In this document: positions 24,147 to 38,031 of the stretch, in pieces | Layout: each line of letters starts with the position of its first letter | Position numbering within the stretch: the first letter of the stretch is position 1 | Assembly: GCF_035594765.1 (NCBI RefSeq) | Contig: NC_085842.1 | Coordinates: 19,506,782-19,570,781 of the forward strand | Length of the DNA stretch: 64,000 nucleotides | Direction: 5' to 3' | Origin: Anolis carolinensis | Lineage: Eukaryota | The notes under the pieces: generated by a model | What the model was told of the DNA's origin: nothing | Seen by the model: the letters and a program-made list of their open reading frames with translations, nothing else | The model's database searches: none | Translations under genes and position numbers: made by a program

Positions 24147-24933
24147 TAATCATAATAAAAACATGGATTTGGCACCCAAGTAAAAGGAATAAAACAGACT
24201 GGGTAAAGTGCAAGAAGTGGATATTGTAAATAAGATAGTTAATTAAATACTGTCAATAGGAGAGCAACTTGGGGTGGACCCTGTGACTATAATATACTGA
24301 TAGGGCAAGATAAAGTGCAACAGATGCAGAAATATTATATGTATTTGTCAAAGTATACGTGTATGTTTACGTATGTGTTTGAACCACAAAAGTATCCTAC
24401 ATGGCTGGCTGCCTGGACATACCCTTCATGGTCCAATTTAAAAATATTGGTGGGATTGAGTTGGGTGATAGAAGATGATAGGAGTTAAAGCCCAGCCACT
24501 TCCAGAGAACCCAAAACCGAAGGCATGGCTGACCTCCCAACTGGACAGACTGCTCAGCCTACTTGCCAAGTAAGGCATCTCCCAACATCCTTACCCTTTC
24601 ACTAGGCAGGCTGGGGGTTATGGAAGTTGCAGCTTAACACAAACTGTGGATGTTGGCATTAGAAGACCTAAACAGCTTTTTTGCGAAGAGGGCCAGATCT
24701 GGTGAGGTGAAAATATGTGGGGGCCAACCCTTCAGCCTGACATTATTTGAACCATTGACATTAAATGCAAAGGAACTATTTTATGAAATTCTGAAAATTT
24801 TCATTTCTTCGCACAGGACACAAATAAATCCAAAAATTACAAAAATCACTCTGCTTTTCATATTTGAAGACCACATAAAATGACGTCTGTATAGAAGATA
24901 AAACATATCTAGGTTCATTTGAAACATGATATA

Positions 24934-25482
24934 CCATGTTTCCCTGAAAATAAGATAGGGTCTTATACAGTAGAGTCTCACTTATCCAACATAAATGGGC
25001 CGGCAGAACGTTGGATAAGCGAATATGTTGGATAATCAGGAGGGATTAAGGAAAAGCCGATTAAACATCAAATTAGGTTATGATTTTACAAATTAAGCAC
25101 CAAAACATCATGTTATACAACAAATTTGACAGAAAAAGTAGTTCAATACGCAGTAATGTTATGTTGTAATTACTGTATTTACAAAATTAGCACCAAAATA
25201 TCACGTTATATTGAAAACATTGACTACAAAAATGTGTTGGATAATCCAGAACATTGGATAAGCGAGTGTTGGATAAGTGAGACTCTACTGTATTAACTTT
25301 TGTTCCAAAAGATTTGTCAGGGCTTATGTATAGCTGCCAAGACACTATTTAAATTGACTTTTATGAACTGTAACTAGGGCTTATTTTTTTGAAATAGGGC
25401 TTATATTTTGTGCATCCTCAAAAATCCTGAAAAACCATGCAAGGGCTTATTTTCAGGGTAGGTCTTATTTTCGGGGAAACGG
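24934..25482. mobile_element. pogo/mariner-like MITE with a second MITE nested at 24968-25290
   Basis: Outer TIRs CCATGTTTCCCTGAAAATAAGA / TCTTATTTTCGGGGAAACGG flanked by TA. Confidence 0.75.
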
Positions 25483-25504
25483 TATTATTCACTATTAAGT
25501 GTGG

Positions 25505-25763
25505 GAGCCCCCATTGGCACAATGGGTTAAACCCTTGTGCTGGTAGGACTGCTGACCAAAAGGTTGGCAGTTCGACTCCAGGGAGCAAGGGGGAGCTCCC
25601 ATCTGTCAGCTCTAGCTCTCCATGTGGGGACATGAGAGAAGGCTTCCAGAGGATGGTAAAATATCAAAAACATCTGGGGACGGGCAACGTCCTTGCAGAC
25701 GGCCAATTCTCTCACACTAGAGGTGACTTGCAGTTTCTCAGGTCGCTCCTGACCTAAAAAAAA
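25505..25763 (+). mobile_element. Sauria-type SINE
   Basis: Matches 20512-20792. Confidence 0.8.
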
Positions 25764-27329
25764 ACTATTAAGTGCTCACCTTCTAAAATTAAAATATGTG
25801 AACAGGAAAATAACAGTGCTGGTGGGCTGCATATTATTGATTGTTTTAATAAGAGATGCTGCAGGTCAGTGGAAATTTGAACATGGGCCGCAATCGGCCC
25901 CTAGACTGGACTTTGAACATACCTGCTCTACCTGAAAATAATAATGATAATAATAATACTTTATTTTTCTATCCTGCCACCATCTCCCCGAAGGGACTTG
26001 GGGCGGCTAACATGGGGCCAAGCCCAAAACAGAGACAAAACATCACAAGTTAAAACACGAATCAATAACTAAAAACAGTGTCAACACAACAATCAAATAA
26101 AATAAATAATTCAATTACAATTAAAACACAGTTTTAATTAAATCTCTGTGCTTTTCAAAGATTCCAAGTAATCTTCAAGGGTAGCCCCATATAGTGTGAA
26201 TTGCAGTAGTCTAACTGGGATTTAACTAAGGTAAGGACTACAGGCCAGACATGGTTTCTCTGTCTTGGTTCAACCCACAAGTCTTTGCCAATGCTTCTGG
26301 CTTAAAAGGAGCCATAGCCAGAAAATGACCCACAGACCTGCGAAATTTGCACTTTCTCCTCTGCAGTAATAGGTGAGAAATCCTTTATTTCAGTGGTTCT
26401 CAACCTATGGGTCCCCCCGGTGTTTTGGCCTACAATTCCCAGAAATCTCAGCCAGTTTACCAGCTGTTAGGATTTCTGGGAAATGAAGGCCAAAACATCT
26501 GGGGACCCACAGGCTGAGAACCACTGCTTTATTCCAACTCCTTTTGGCTGAAGATGTTATTTGTGGTGAATTGCTCTACTCACAGTTCCTGCCTTGGCAC
26601 AACTCCCCATCCTCTTCTGGTCCATGAGGAAATAAATACCCATGGAACTATTGAAAGATCTCAAGGAGCAGGCTGGTGGGATGTGTTTGTGCCAGCTTTC
26701 ATCGGGTCAGAAACTTTTGGCTATATTGTACTTAATGTGTGTTGGAGCTCAACAATGCTCTGTACAATGCTCTGTCTGGCTTTCGAATAAGAATCAGCAG
26801 CGTTAATTACTATTATGTATACTGGAACTCAATTGACAGACCCAGTCTTTTAAACTTGTACACGCCTATCTATATTTTATAAATGCATTTTATGAATGTT
26901 ATATGTAAGTTAATTTTTTAACTAATTTATAGTGTATTGTACTGTTTTTATATGTCTGTTTTATTGTAAGCCGCCCTGAGTCCCCTGTTGGGTGAGAAGG
27001 GCGGGATATAAATATTGTAATAAATAAATAATAAATACAAGCAATAGTGTCTCCTTTGTGCATGCACAGCTGCCAGCTCATGCACGTTGGCCTTCAAATC
27101 CATGGAACCTTTGGGATCGCTCTGTTCTGTGCCCTTAACAGCCAGTAAACTGTGGAATTGTGGGAGTTGAAGTCCAAAACACCTGGAGGACCCAAGTTTG
27201 CCCATGCCTGGGGTATAGTATTAGACTTATTTTAATAGTAACTCTCAAGCAACCAGAAACTACATTTATCCAGTATCTACCAATCTCCATGTGTGCTGGT
27301 TAATGGAGAGTGTAGCATACTAAGCAGGG

Positions 27330-27463
27330 CTGGCCTGGGCAAACTTGGGCCCTCCAGGTGTTTTGGACTTCAACTCCCACAATTCCTAATAGCCGGTAGG
27401 CTGTTAGGAATTGTGGGAGTTGAAGTCCAAAACACCTGGAGGGCCCAAGTTTGCCCAGGCCTG
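27330..27463. mobile_element. palindromic hAT-type MITE
   Basis: Near-perfect hairpin of the same family as 56218-56359. Confidence 0.8.
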
Positions 27464-28049
27464 CTTTAGGTTATTGTGATATTTAAAAGTTAATTAAAAG
27501 TTGCTGAACTGCTGACACTGATGACCAAAGACAAAGAATTAACTCTTGGTGGGAAACAACATGTTTACATGACCAGAGACCATGACTCTTTTTAAGGAAG
27601 CAAACACAATGCTCCTTAAGAAGAAAAACCAACATCACTTGGAGGAGGGAAGCCAACATCTGTCCAGGAACTGATGGAGTCAGCAAGTTTTTTCCTGCAG
27701 AAAACACTTTTTGGCACAACATTGCAGAAATATTGTGACTTTCCAAAAATTGTGGCAGACTGCAGAGTCTGGTTCACTCGCTATTTCCAAGGGACGGAGA
27801 GAGATGGTGTATTCGCAGAATGGCAGATTTTCAGGGAATTCGATCTGGCCTATGTGCAGCTCTCTCTTTTCGAGAAGGAAGAAAGGATGGTAATGTATGC
27901 ATGACGAATGAATTAATGTTTTTATTTGTATGAATGCTGAGTAAAATGTAATATCCCCTTTGTTTGTAGTTATATAATCTGTATGTGTCTGCCTTCTTTC
28001 TCTGTATAAAGTGCCGAATACTCTGTCTCAATGTGAACAATATAAAATA

Positions 28050-28372
28050 CAGTAGAGTCTCACTTATCCAACATAAACGGGCCAGCAGAATGTTGGATAA
28101 GCGAATATGTTGGATAATAAGGAGAGATTAAGGAGAAGCCTATTAAACATCAAATTAGGTTATGATTTTACAAATTAAGCACCAAAACATCATGTTATAC
28201 AACTAATTTGACAGAAAAAGTAGTTCAATACGCAGTAATGCTATGTAGTAATTACTGTATTTACGAATTTAGCACCAAAATATCACAATATATTGAAAAC
28301 ATTGACTACAAAAATGCGTTGGATAATCCAGAACGTTGGATAAGCGAGTGTTGGATAAGTGAGACTCTACTG
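28050..28372. mobile_element. Tc1/mariner-pogo MITE
   Basis: Family TIRs, TA flanks. Confidence 0.88.
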
Positions 28373-28544
28373 TAAGTCTTTTTAATGCTTTTTGAAGTTT
28401 AAAAAAGTATTAATGAAAGCCTCAAAGAATTATCGAATTGGAAGAGACCCCAAGGACAGGAAGACACAATCAAAGCCCTCCCGAAAGATGGCCATTCATA
28501 CATATATATTTTTTTGGAGGATGGTCCAGAGAGCACTGCAATTC

Positions 28545-28697
28545 ACTGTGTCGAAAGCCTTCCACCTGGAAACCGATGTCATCACTGTGGAAGAATATGT
28601 GGGTCAAGAATAGGGCTCTAGTCACTTATGTCTCCACTACCAAGACACTATACTTGGAAGGCCATCATATTCAGACGACAAGGGATTGCCTAAGTAA
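28545..28697 (+). mobile_element. RTE-clade LINE 3' end
   Basis: CHHCGRICGSRIGL remnant of the RTE C-terminal finger; GATTGCCTAAGTAAG tail. Confidence 0.65.
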
Positions 28698-28967
28698 GGA
28701 AGACCACATGCTCTCTCTCTCTCTCCTTTTGACTATGTGACCTACTGATAGCTGTTTTATTACAAGAGAGATGCCCTGGCCAGCTGACACAGAGAATCAT
28801 CTCAAAGATATTTGAAACTGGACTAATAGGTTTTGTACCTATGTATGCTGAACACATTAAAATTGTGAGTATACCAAATATGTTATTTCCATCAAAGTCT
28901 ACTTCATTCTTGTCTCTTGAGTGCATGATATGAAACAAGTTGTTTTACGGGAGAGTACCTTTTTTTG

Positions 28968-29287
28968 GGAGTCCCAGTGGTGCAGCGAGTCAAACAGCTG
29001 AGCTGCTGAACTTGCTGACCGAAAGGTTGGCAGTTCGAATCCAGGGAGTGGGGTGATCTCCCACTGTTAGCCCCAGTTTCTGCCAACCTAGCAGTTCAAA
29101 AACATGCAAGTGTGAGTAGATCAATAGGTACCACTTTGGCAGGAAGGTAACGATGCTCTATACAGTCATGCCAGCCACATGACCTTGGAGGTGTCTATGG
29201 ACGCCGGCTCTTTGGCTTAGAAATTGAGATGAGCACCAACCTTCAGAGTCAGACACGACTGGACTTAATGTCAGGGGAAAACCTTTA
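28968..29287 (+). mobile_element. Sauria SINE
   Basis: Full head-to-ACCTTT-tail copy. Confidence 0.85.
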
Positions 29288-30049
29288 TCTCATCTATTTT
29301 TGGGCACTGAAAATAACACTTCTAAAGCTCTGCTTGTTGAATACACTGGCAAATGTTTTTCCTAACAGATTGGAAAATGCAGGTTATTCACTGAAACCAT
29401 TGCCTATAAGATTCTCCTCTAAAGGTTTTTTTTTTTGGCTTTTGTCTAAAAGGCTACATTCTCTAATACAAACAGCTCTCGCCATCAAGATTTAATGTTT
29501 AGACGGAATCTCTTTTCCTGCAATAATTTCTGGTTCTGTGTTCCTTTATTATGTTTATATATGCCATGCTTTTTCTTTCCAATAAGGAGACTAAAAGGGG
29601 CTTGCATTTAAAGCATGAGACTCAAAGTGGCTTACGTTTAAAGGCTTTCGGTACAATTTAAAATATAAACATGACAAGGGGATGGGCCCAAGGGGCTCTG
29701 GGTCCCCCTCCAGCTTCATGACCCTCTGCCTTTTACTTATTGGGCTTCAAAGGGGAGACATTATCCTCTTGGAGCAAGCCAAGCAGAAGTATAATCTCTT
29801 TGTAGCAGGTATGGGCCAGCTTGGGCCCTCCCTCCAGATGTTTTGGACTTCAACTCCCACAATTCCTAACAGCCAGTAGCTGGCCCATGCCTTCCAGGCT
29901 TCCTTCCCTGCTATAAGCCTCCTGGCAAATCAATGCATAGTTAAACAGCAATAAATAAATAATAATATTCGGAGACACAATACTTTAATAAAAGTCTGCT
30001 TTTATAATACAGTACAACTGTGTTACATTAGGTTTATCATCGTTTGCTT

Positions 30050-30475
30050 TTGACAAGCTGGACACAAATCGACAGTGTGACGCAGCAGCGAAAAAGGCCA
30101 ACGCACTTCTAGGCTGCATCCATACGATTGAGGAAAGTCACAGTTCTGTTCTCTTCCGCTGTGGCCCGACCTCCCCTGGAGTAACCCAGTTCTGGATATC
30201 AACATTCAAGAGAGATGTATTGTTGAAGGATATTGACAAGAGATTAGGACACAGAACAACGGCTTCAAACTACAGGAAAGGAGATTACACCTGAAGATAA
30301 GGAAGAACTTTCTCACTGTGAGAGCAGTTCAACAGTGGAACTCTCTGCCGCAGAGTGTAATGGAAGCTCCTTATTTGGAGGCTTTTAAGCAGAGGCTGGA
30401 TGGACATCTGTCAGGGGTGCTTTGAATGTGATTTTCCTACCTGACAAGAATAGGGTCCAACTCCATGATTCTATA
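30050..30475 (+). mobile_element. CR1 3' fragments
   Basis: AACAACGGCTTCAAACTACAGGAAAGGAGATT...GGAGGCTTTTAAGCAGAGGCTGGATGG. Confidence 0.7.
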
Positions 30476-30782
30476 ACCTCCAATTCGTTAAGAGTGTTTA
30501 TGGCATAGTATGGGGTATAGCAGCCATGGGCTATTAGGAATTGTGGGAGTTGAAGTCCAAAACACCTGAAGGGCCCAATAATAACTTTATTTTTATATCC
30601 CGTCTCCATCCCCCTGCGGGGACTGAGGGTGGCTAACATGGGGCCAAGCCCAAATATCAAGTTAGCACATGCCTGGGGTATAGCTTTAGACCTATTTTAA
30701 CAGTAATTCTCACGCAACCAGAAACTACATTTATCCAGTAACTACCAATTTCCATGTGTGCCAGTTAACTGAGACTCTAGTA

Positions 30783-31514
30783 CAGGGGTCCTCATACTTT
30801 TTAAGTGGAGGGCCGATTCACATTCCCTCAAACTGCTGGGGGCCCAGACTACGATGAAATAGTAAAAAATTAGGATTGGTTTTGTGTGCCTTCAAGTCAT
30901 TTCAGACTTAAATCAACTCTAAGTCTAAAGTTTAGGACAGAGGCTAGGTAAATGACCTTGGAGGGCCTTAGTTTAGAGACCACAGACCTAGACAATCTCA
31001 TAAGACCATAGGTAAGCAGAGAGATCTCCAAAGACCATCTAGATGGTCTCATAAGACCATCAGAAGACCATAGATAAGGAAAGGGACCCTCAAAGACCAT
31101 CTAGATGGTTTCATAAGACCATAGGTAAGGAAAGAGGTCCCCAAAGGCCATCTAGATGATCTCATCAGGCCATCAGAAGACCATAGATAAGGAAAGAGAC
31201 CCTCAAAGACCATCTAGATGGTCTCATAGGACCATAGGTAAGGAAAGGGGTCCCCCAACACCATTTAGACAGTCTCATAGGACCATAGGTAAGTGACCTT
31301 CAAAAGCTATCTAGACAGTCTCATAAGGCCGTAGCTAAACAAAGAGACCTTCAAAAACCATCTAGATGGTCTCATAAGACCATAGGTAAACAAAGAAACC
31401 TCCAAAGACCAGGTAGACTTAGATCAACTCTAAGTCTAAAGTTTAGGACAGGGGGCATGTAAATGACCTTGGAGGGCTGCATCCGGCCCATGGGCCTTAG
31501 TTTGGGGACCCCAG
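30783..31514. mobile_element. non-autonomous hAT element with internal minisatellite
   Basis: CAGGGGTCC...GGACCCCAG termini, exact 8-bp TSD CTCTAGTA. Confidence 0.8.
30975..31412. repeat. minisatellite, alternating ~51/62-bp units with palindromic core AGACCATCTAGATGGTCT
   Basis: Cores at ~31032, 31094, 31145, 31207, 31258, 31304, 31355. Confidence 0.85.
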
Positions 31515-32507
31515 CTCTAGTATACTAAGCACAGCTGATTAGTGCATTTAGGGGCTTTCTTCCTATATTATATTGTGTTATATCCTTCTTTGGAGGCTTT
31601 TCAGCAGAGGCTGGGTGGCCAACTGTCGGGGATGCTTTGAATGAGATTTCCTGCTTCTTGGCAGGGGGTTGGACTGGATGGCCCATGAGGTCTCTTCCAA
31701 CTCTTTCTATAAGACCCTATATTCAAAGAAAGGAAGGAAAACAATAAAATAAATAATAAATATAAGAGCTTTCAAATGTTGAACTACAACTCCAGAGACA
31801 GGCATTCAAATCCCTGCTCAGCCATGGGGACTGATTGAATAGCATACTCCCAGCCTGGAGAACAAAAGATTAAGCGGTGACATGATTTAAATATTTGAAA
31901 GGATGCCATATTGAAGATAGAGAAGGGAGCCCAGCTAAACATGAGGAAGAACAGCCTTATGGAAAGAGCTGTCTGACACTAAACAGGCCTCCTAATGTAG
32001 TGGAGCCTTCTTCAAAGGGTAGGTTTCTGCAGAGTTAACTTATAATTACAAAGGGTCACATTGCAATTGAGAGGACATTGTTTGGGAATTTGTATGTACA
32101 GTAGTCTCGCTTATCCAACGTAACATTAGATAAGCGAAAATAATGGATAATAAGGAGGGATTAAGGAAAAGCCTATTAAACGTCAAATTACGTTATGATT
32201 TTACAAATTAAGCACCAAAACATCATGTTTTACAACAAGTCTGCCACTTGTTTGGGAGCATGGCTGCACTTGTGTTGTTGTTGAGTGTGTTGGCCCACTG
32301 CACGTTGCTGCCTAGAGAGACAGCTGTGGGTCCGGGCAAGAGCCAGACTGTGTTGGATAATACAGAACACTGGATGAGCAAAAGTTGGATAAGCGAGACT
32401 CTACTGTATTTGTATTCGATCTTCAATTTCTATGTGGCCATTCCTTTGCTAAGTTCTGGTGCATTGCTACAAAGTCATGGGATGCATTACCTTCAGGGGG
32501 AAATAAG

Positions 32508-32801
32508 TAAAGGTAAAGGGTTTCCACTGACATTAAGTCTAGTCATGCCCGACTCTGGGAGTTGCTGCTCATCTCCATTTCTAAGCCGAAGAGCCGGCGT
32601 TGTGACCAGCATGACTGCATGGAGCGTTGTTACCTTCCCGCTGGAGCGGTACCTATTGATCTACTCACATGTGCATGTTTTTGAAGTGCTAGGTTGGCAG
32701 AAGCTGGGGCTAACAGCGGAAGCTCACCCCGCTCCCTGGATTTTAACCAGTCAGCAAATTCAGCAGCTCAGCATTTAAACCCGCTGCGTCACTGGGGGCT
32801 C
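32508..32801 (-). mobile_element. Sauria SINE
   Basis: GTAAAGGTAAAG tail and family body. Confidence 0.8.
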
Positions 32802-34290
32802 CAGGGGAAAATAGACACTCAAAATAATTACAGCATGGATATTTAGGAAATAAGGCATAACAATGAATAACCTGAAGCTTCCCAAAGCAGGTTTCTAGGG
32901 TGCTTACTCTCCAACCTTGTTCCTCAAGGCAGAGACAGGTGTGTTAACAACCAACATTGGGGGTCCAAAAGTAGGCACTGACCACTAAGACATAGCCAGT
33001 GTGGTGTAGTGGTTTGAAATTCAGAGACCAAGGTTCAAATCCTTACTCAGCCATGGAAACGCACTGGGAGACCCTGGGCAAGTCACACTTCCTCAATCTC
33101 AGAGAGCAGCAAGGCAAGGCCAGATCAGGGTTGTTGTATGTTTTCCAGGTTGTATCCTCTGATGATGCCTGCCATAGATGTTGGCAAAACGTCAGGAGAG
33201 AATACTTCTGGGACATGGCCATACAACCCGGAAAACATACAACAACGCTGCGATCCAGGCCATGAAAGCCTTCGACAACACAAGGCCAGATCCCCTCCCA
33301 ACATCAGCATTCAGGATTTAGGGACTCAACTTCACAAACTATAACCTCAAACAGAACTTAGTTTGCAAGAGTACAAAATGAAAGGACACAGGGCCAGACA
33401 TTAGAAAGCACTGCTTTCAAGAAAATCAACAGAACTACTGTATTTGTTGACACGTCAAAGAATATTCATGCCGTCACTCTCAACGCTGTTGTTGTGTAGC
33501 CTGCCTTTTGCATCTATAATATTATTCAGCCAGTCGGTAGAGGAGGGAGATAATTATTATCATTAAACTATGAGCCATATTTGATGTTATAAATGATTCA
33601 AATGCTGTATTTTACCATTTTATCCTTATTTGACTTCAGCTGAAAATTGGTTGACCAAAATAAAGGCTACTGACTGATGAAATATCCTTGCAAAATGTTA
33701 TTTCCTTAAGTGACTTGTAACAGCTTTTAGTGAAATACAATGAAAGTTTGACCTAACAGGAGAAAGATGAATTGGTCATCCCATGCTTTGTATCTACATT
33801 TTTGAAGAGGGCTCAATTTGGAGGAAACAGTAAAATGATGCAGACCAAAAGCAGCAAAGAAGTAGTAATGGAATACGTAGCTACTTTCAGCAAACTTAGA
33901 TCTCAGGGGCCAGATGCAGTGCTTCCAAGGAGACAGAAAACAGAATGAGTTTCCTTGCTGCCTGTCTAGAAAATGGGATCTAACCAGTTGATTCAACTCA
34001 CAGGGAAGGGAGTTCATAAGAAAGAACTTTACAGTGTTCAGAGAAAATCCACAGTGGGCTATTTTGCCTTGCATACCATCCTTTCAAGGATGTTTGAGTG
34101 GAAGGTTTATGAAATGTCAATGGTATGACTAACTGGCCCTCGTGGGCCTAATTAAAGGTATCAGTCAGAGGTTTTCTTGTAGACTCTGATACATTAAAAG
34201 CTCTGTTGTAAAAACAGATACTTTCCTCATGATGCATTTGTAATGTTTTCTCTTCTGTGTGAACTGTATGGTGCTACTTAACAACTGGAT

Positions 34291-36035
34291 TCAAAATAAG
34301 ACATTGTCCATACTCATGTCATGTGTATGGTTTATCTCCTCTGTGGATTCTCGGGTGGATTCCAAGTCCTGGCTTGGAAGGAAAACATCTTCCACACTCA
34401 TGGCGTTTCTGTGGTACTCCTCTTGTGTGGACTCTCCAGCGGCGGAGGTTAAGCTGCGGATTTTCAGTATAATGTTTTCCACGCTATTCGTATCCGGTTG
34501 CTTTCCCCTGTGGATTCTCTGGTGTTTGATGAGCCCTGACATGGAACCAAAACACTTAACACACTCCTGGCACTGGTATGGCTTCTCTCCGGTGTGGATC
34601 CTCTGGTGGACCACAAGGTCAGACCTGCGAATCCAGCCTTTCCCACACACCTGGCATTCATATGGTTTCTCCCCTGTGTGGGTTCTGTGGTGGATCACAA
34701 GTCCCGCCTTGGAAGTGAAACATTTTCCGCACTCTTGGCATATATACAGTTTATCTCTTGTGTGGACTTTCCGGTGGACGTGAAGGTGTGAAGTTTGGGT
34801 ATAACATTTGCCACATTCCTCACATTTGTATGGCTTCTCTCCTGTGTGGATTCTCTGGTGGATGACAAGGTCTGATTTGGAAGCAAAACATTTTGCGCAT
34901 ACCTGGCATTTATATGGCTTCTCTCCTGTGTGTACTCTATGGTGTTTCACAAGTTCTGATTTTGAAGCAAAGCATTTTTGACACACCTGGCATTCATACG
35001 GTTTCTCCCCTGTGTGGGTTCTCTGGTGGATCTCCAGGTATGATTTAGAAACAAAACATTTTTCACAATCTTGACATTTATATGGTTTCTCCCCTGTGTG
35101 AATTCTCTGGTGGATCACGAGTCCCGATGTGGAAGCAAAACATTTCCCACATTCCTGACACTTGTATAATTCCTCACTTGTGTGGACTCTCCGGTGGATG
35201 TGAAGGTGAGAAGACTGGGGATAACATTTTCCACAGTCCTGACATTTGTATGGTTTCTCCCCTGTGTGGATTCTCTGGTGGATCACAAGTTTTGACTTCG
35301 AAACAAAACATTTTACACAATATGGGCATTTGTACGGTTTCTCTCCTGTGTGGATTCTCTGGTGGATCACAAGGTCTGACTTGGATGCAAAACACTTCTC
35401 ACACTCTTGGCATTGGAACGGTTTCTCTCCGGTGTGGATCCTCTGGTGTTTCAGAAGTCCTGATTTGGAAGCAAAACACTTCACACACTCTTCACATTTG
35501 TAGGGTTTCTCCCCTGTGTGGATTCTCTGGTGGACAGACAGTTTTGACTTGGAAACAAAAGATTTTCCACACTCCTGGCATTTGTATGGTTTCTCCCCTG
35601 TTTGGATTCCTTGCGGGATCACAAAGTTTGACCCACAAGTACAATTTTCCCCACACACTGGGCACATGTATGGTATTCCTTCTGGGTCAATTCTTTGGTG
35701 GAAGAGAAAGTTTGGATCTGCAATAGAAAATGTTCCACCCTCCTGGTAATTGAATGATGCCTCTGCGGTATGGACTCCCTCGTGGCTATTGGGGAGAAAT
35801 TTGAGATCAACATCTTTCACCAAAAGTTCTCCATCACGGTTCTCTTCCAGCTGCATTCTCTCGTCACACACATGTATCATGTTTGGTGCAAAACATCTCC
35901 CACAGCTGGTGCATATGCAGGACATGTCTTCAGGGCATTTTTCTTCTGTGTGGACTGGTTCATCTTTGGGGAACACTGCATTCTGAGTAGGAGAATTCCC
36001 ATGGTTGGCAAAGGCATTATTCTCCTCCCAGTCAC
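34291..36035 (-). CDS. ZNF gene B C2H2 zinc-finger exon (13 intact fingers plus degenerate ones)
   Basis: Long open C2H2 array with TGEKPY linkers; acceptor TCTAGCAG|GT; model join(38065-38032,36035-34291) = 592 aa. Confidence 0.92.
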
Positions 36036-36317
36036 CTGCTAGAAAGAAGAATAAGGGTAAATGCTCATTCCCAAGTATGAGCAAAAATGAATGCCAGGAA
36101 ACAAGAAAGGATCCAGAAGACCTTTAAAAAGCCCAACCTCAGGAAAACCAGCCTCTCCTCATTGTTTCTTTCAGGATCCAGGCACATGGCTTTACATTCT
36201 TCATATTTAAAACAAAACAAGCTCCCAATATTCAGTTTAGTTTCACATACAATAGGGGTTTAATTTGAGACCCCTTCATCACCAATATCTGACAGATGAC
36301 AGAAAGATTTCTGAATA

Positions 36318-36650
36318 CAATAGTGTCTCACTTATCCAACCTTCACTTATCCAATGTTCTATATTATGCAACGCAGTCTGCCTTTTAGTAGACAATGTTT
36401 TTGTAGTCAATGTTTTCAATACATTGCGATGTTTTGGTGCTAAATTCATAAATACAGTAATTAGTACATAACGTTCTCATATATTGAATTGAATCAATTT
36501 CTTGTAAAACATGATGTTTTGGTGCTTAATTTGTAAAATCATAATGTAATTTGACGTTTAATAGGCTTCTCCTTATTCCCTCTTATTATCCAACATTTTC
36601 GCTTATTCAGCATTCTGTCATCCCATTTATGTTGGATAAGTGAGACTCTA
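36318..36650. mobile_element. Tc1/mariner-pogo MITE
   Basis: Family body with degenerate TIRs. Confidence 0.75.
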
Positions 36651-38031
36651 ATGTTCTTTCTGTGTCTTCCTTGGAATCCTGAGGCATATCCAAGACTCAG
36701 GGAAGGACTACAGGTATATTAAGTTTCAGGAGGAAAATGTGAAGTTTTGGGATTTCCCCAAGCTGTGTCACTGAGCTGGGACCGGGCCATAGACTACATG
36801 CAGCATAGTGCTAAATAAAGAGGAAAATTCTTTATTTTCCTGCTTGAAGCCTTTTAGACAGAGGGGTGGCAGCATGGGATGTGTGTGCAACATAGAATCA
36901 TAGAATAGTAGAGTTGGAAGAGACCTCATGGGCCATCCAGTCCAAACCCCTGCCAAGAAGCAGGAAATCGCATTCAAAGCACCCCGACAGAAAAGCCTGC
37001 TCTCCTAGAATCATAGAATAGTAGAGCTAGAAGAGTGCTTCCATATGCAAATGCTTGCCCTTTTTGTGGCGAAGGATTTGCTTTAATTCAAACTATGCCG
37101 GGATATTTGTGTCTCTTGCATTTCCCTCCCCTTTGAGGTCTGATTTTTGCACTTGGACATGACAAGATTTAGGCATAGTCACAACAGCTTTCTGCTGTTA
37201 GAATCATAGAATCGGAAGAGAACCTCATGGGCCATCCAGTCCAACCCCATTCTGCCAAGAAGCAGGAATATTGCATTCAAAGCACCCACGACAGATGGTC
37301 ATCCAGCCTTTGCTTAAAAGCCTCCAAAGATGCCTGCCATAGATGTGGGCAAAACGTCAGGAGAGAATACTCCTGGAACATGGCCATACAGCCTGGAAAA
37401 CATACAACAACTCTATGATCCTGGCCATGAAAGCCTTCAACAACACATGGAGCAAAGATCACCTCTCTGTACTTATGCCCAGCCTCATGTTTCCATTCTA
37501 TGTGCAGAACTGAATTATCAAGACTTATTATAAGACTGCCAGAGATAATGCAGGTGAAGGGCTTTCTGAGCTCAGAAAAGCCCAGAATAGCAACTTGGCT
37601 TAAACTAAGAAAACCTGTTCTGGACTACACCCCTCCCCAGAACTAGCCAATCTCAACAAAGCCCTGAAACTTAAAAACGTGTTTTGAATCACAGGGTGCA
37701 TCTCCACTGTAGATAGAATGAATGCATTTTGTCATCCGTTTCACTGCCATGATACTGAACTCTTTTATTTTTGTAAATTATCAGCACAGGTTGGTCAGGA
37801 AGAACAAAATTATTTAGCATGGTCATGTATTCCAAATTGTGTTGGGACTCCCACCATAATCACTGGCCAAGCTGAAAGGTGTGCTAGCCAGTTGATGGAG
37901 AAGGTCTGGCCTGGAGGGAGAGTAGTTCCCAGCCCTCCTTTAAGAAACATCTAATGCTCGGCTAAGTTGCGGTTCTTGTTCTTGGGATTATTGCATTTTT
38001 AAAATGAAATGAACAACAGAAAGAGACCTAC

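Noticed and set aside
30975-31412. CRISPR-like array of palindromic repeats
   Set aside because: The intervening sequences are homologous to each other rather than unique spacers, there are no cas genes, and the context is vertebrate; it is a minisatellite.
34259-36042. Antisense and alternative-frame ORFs over the zinc-finger exons
   Set aside because: Expected shadows of the 84-nt periodic C2H2 code.
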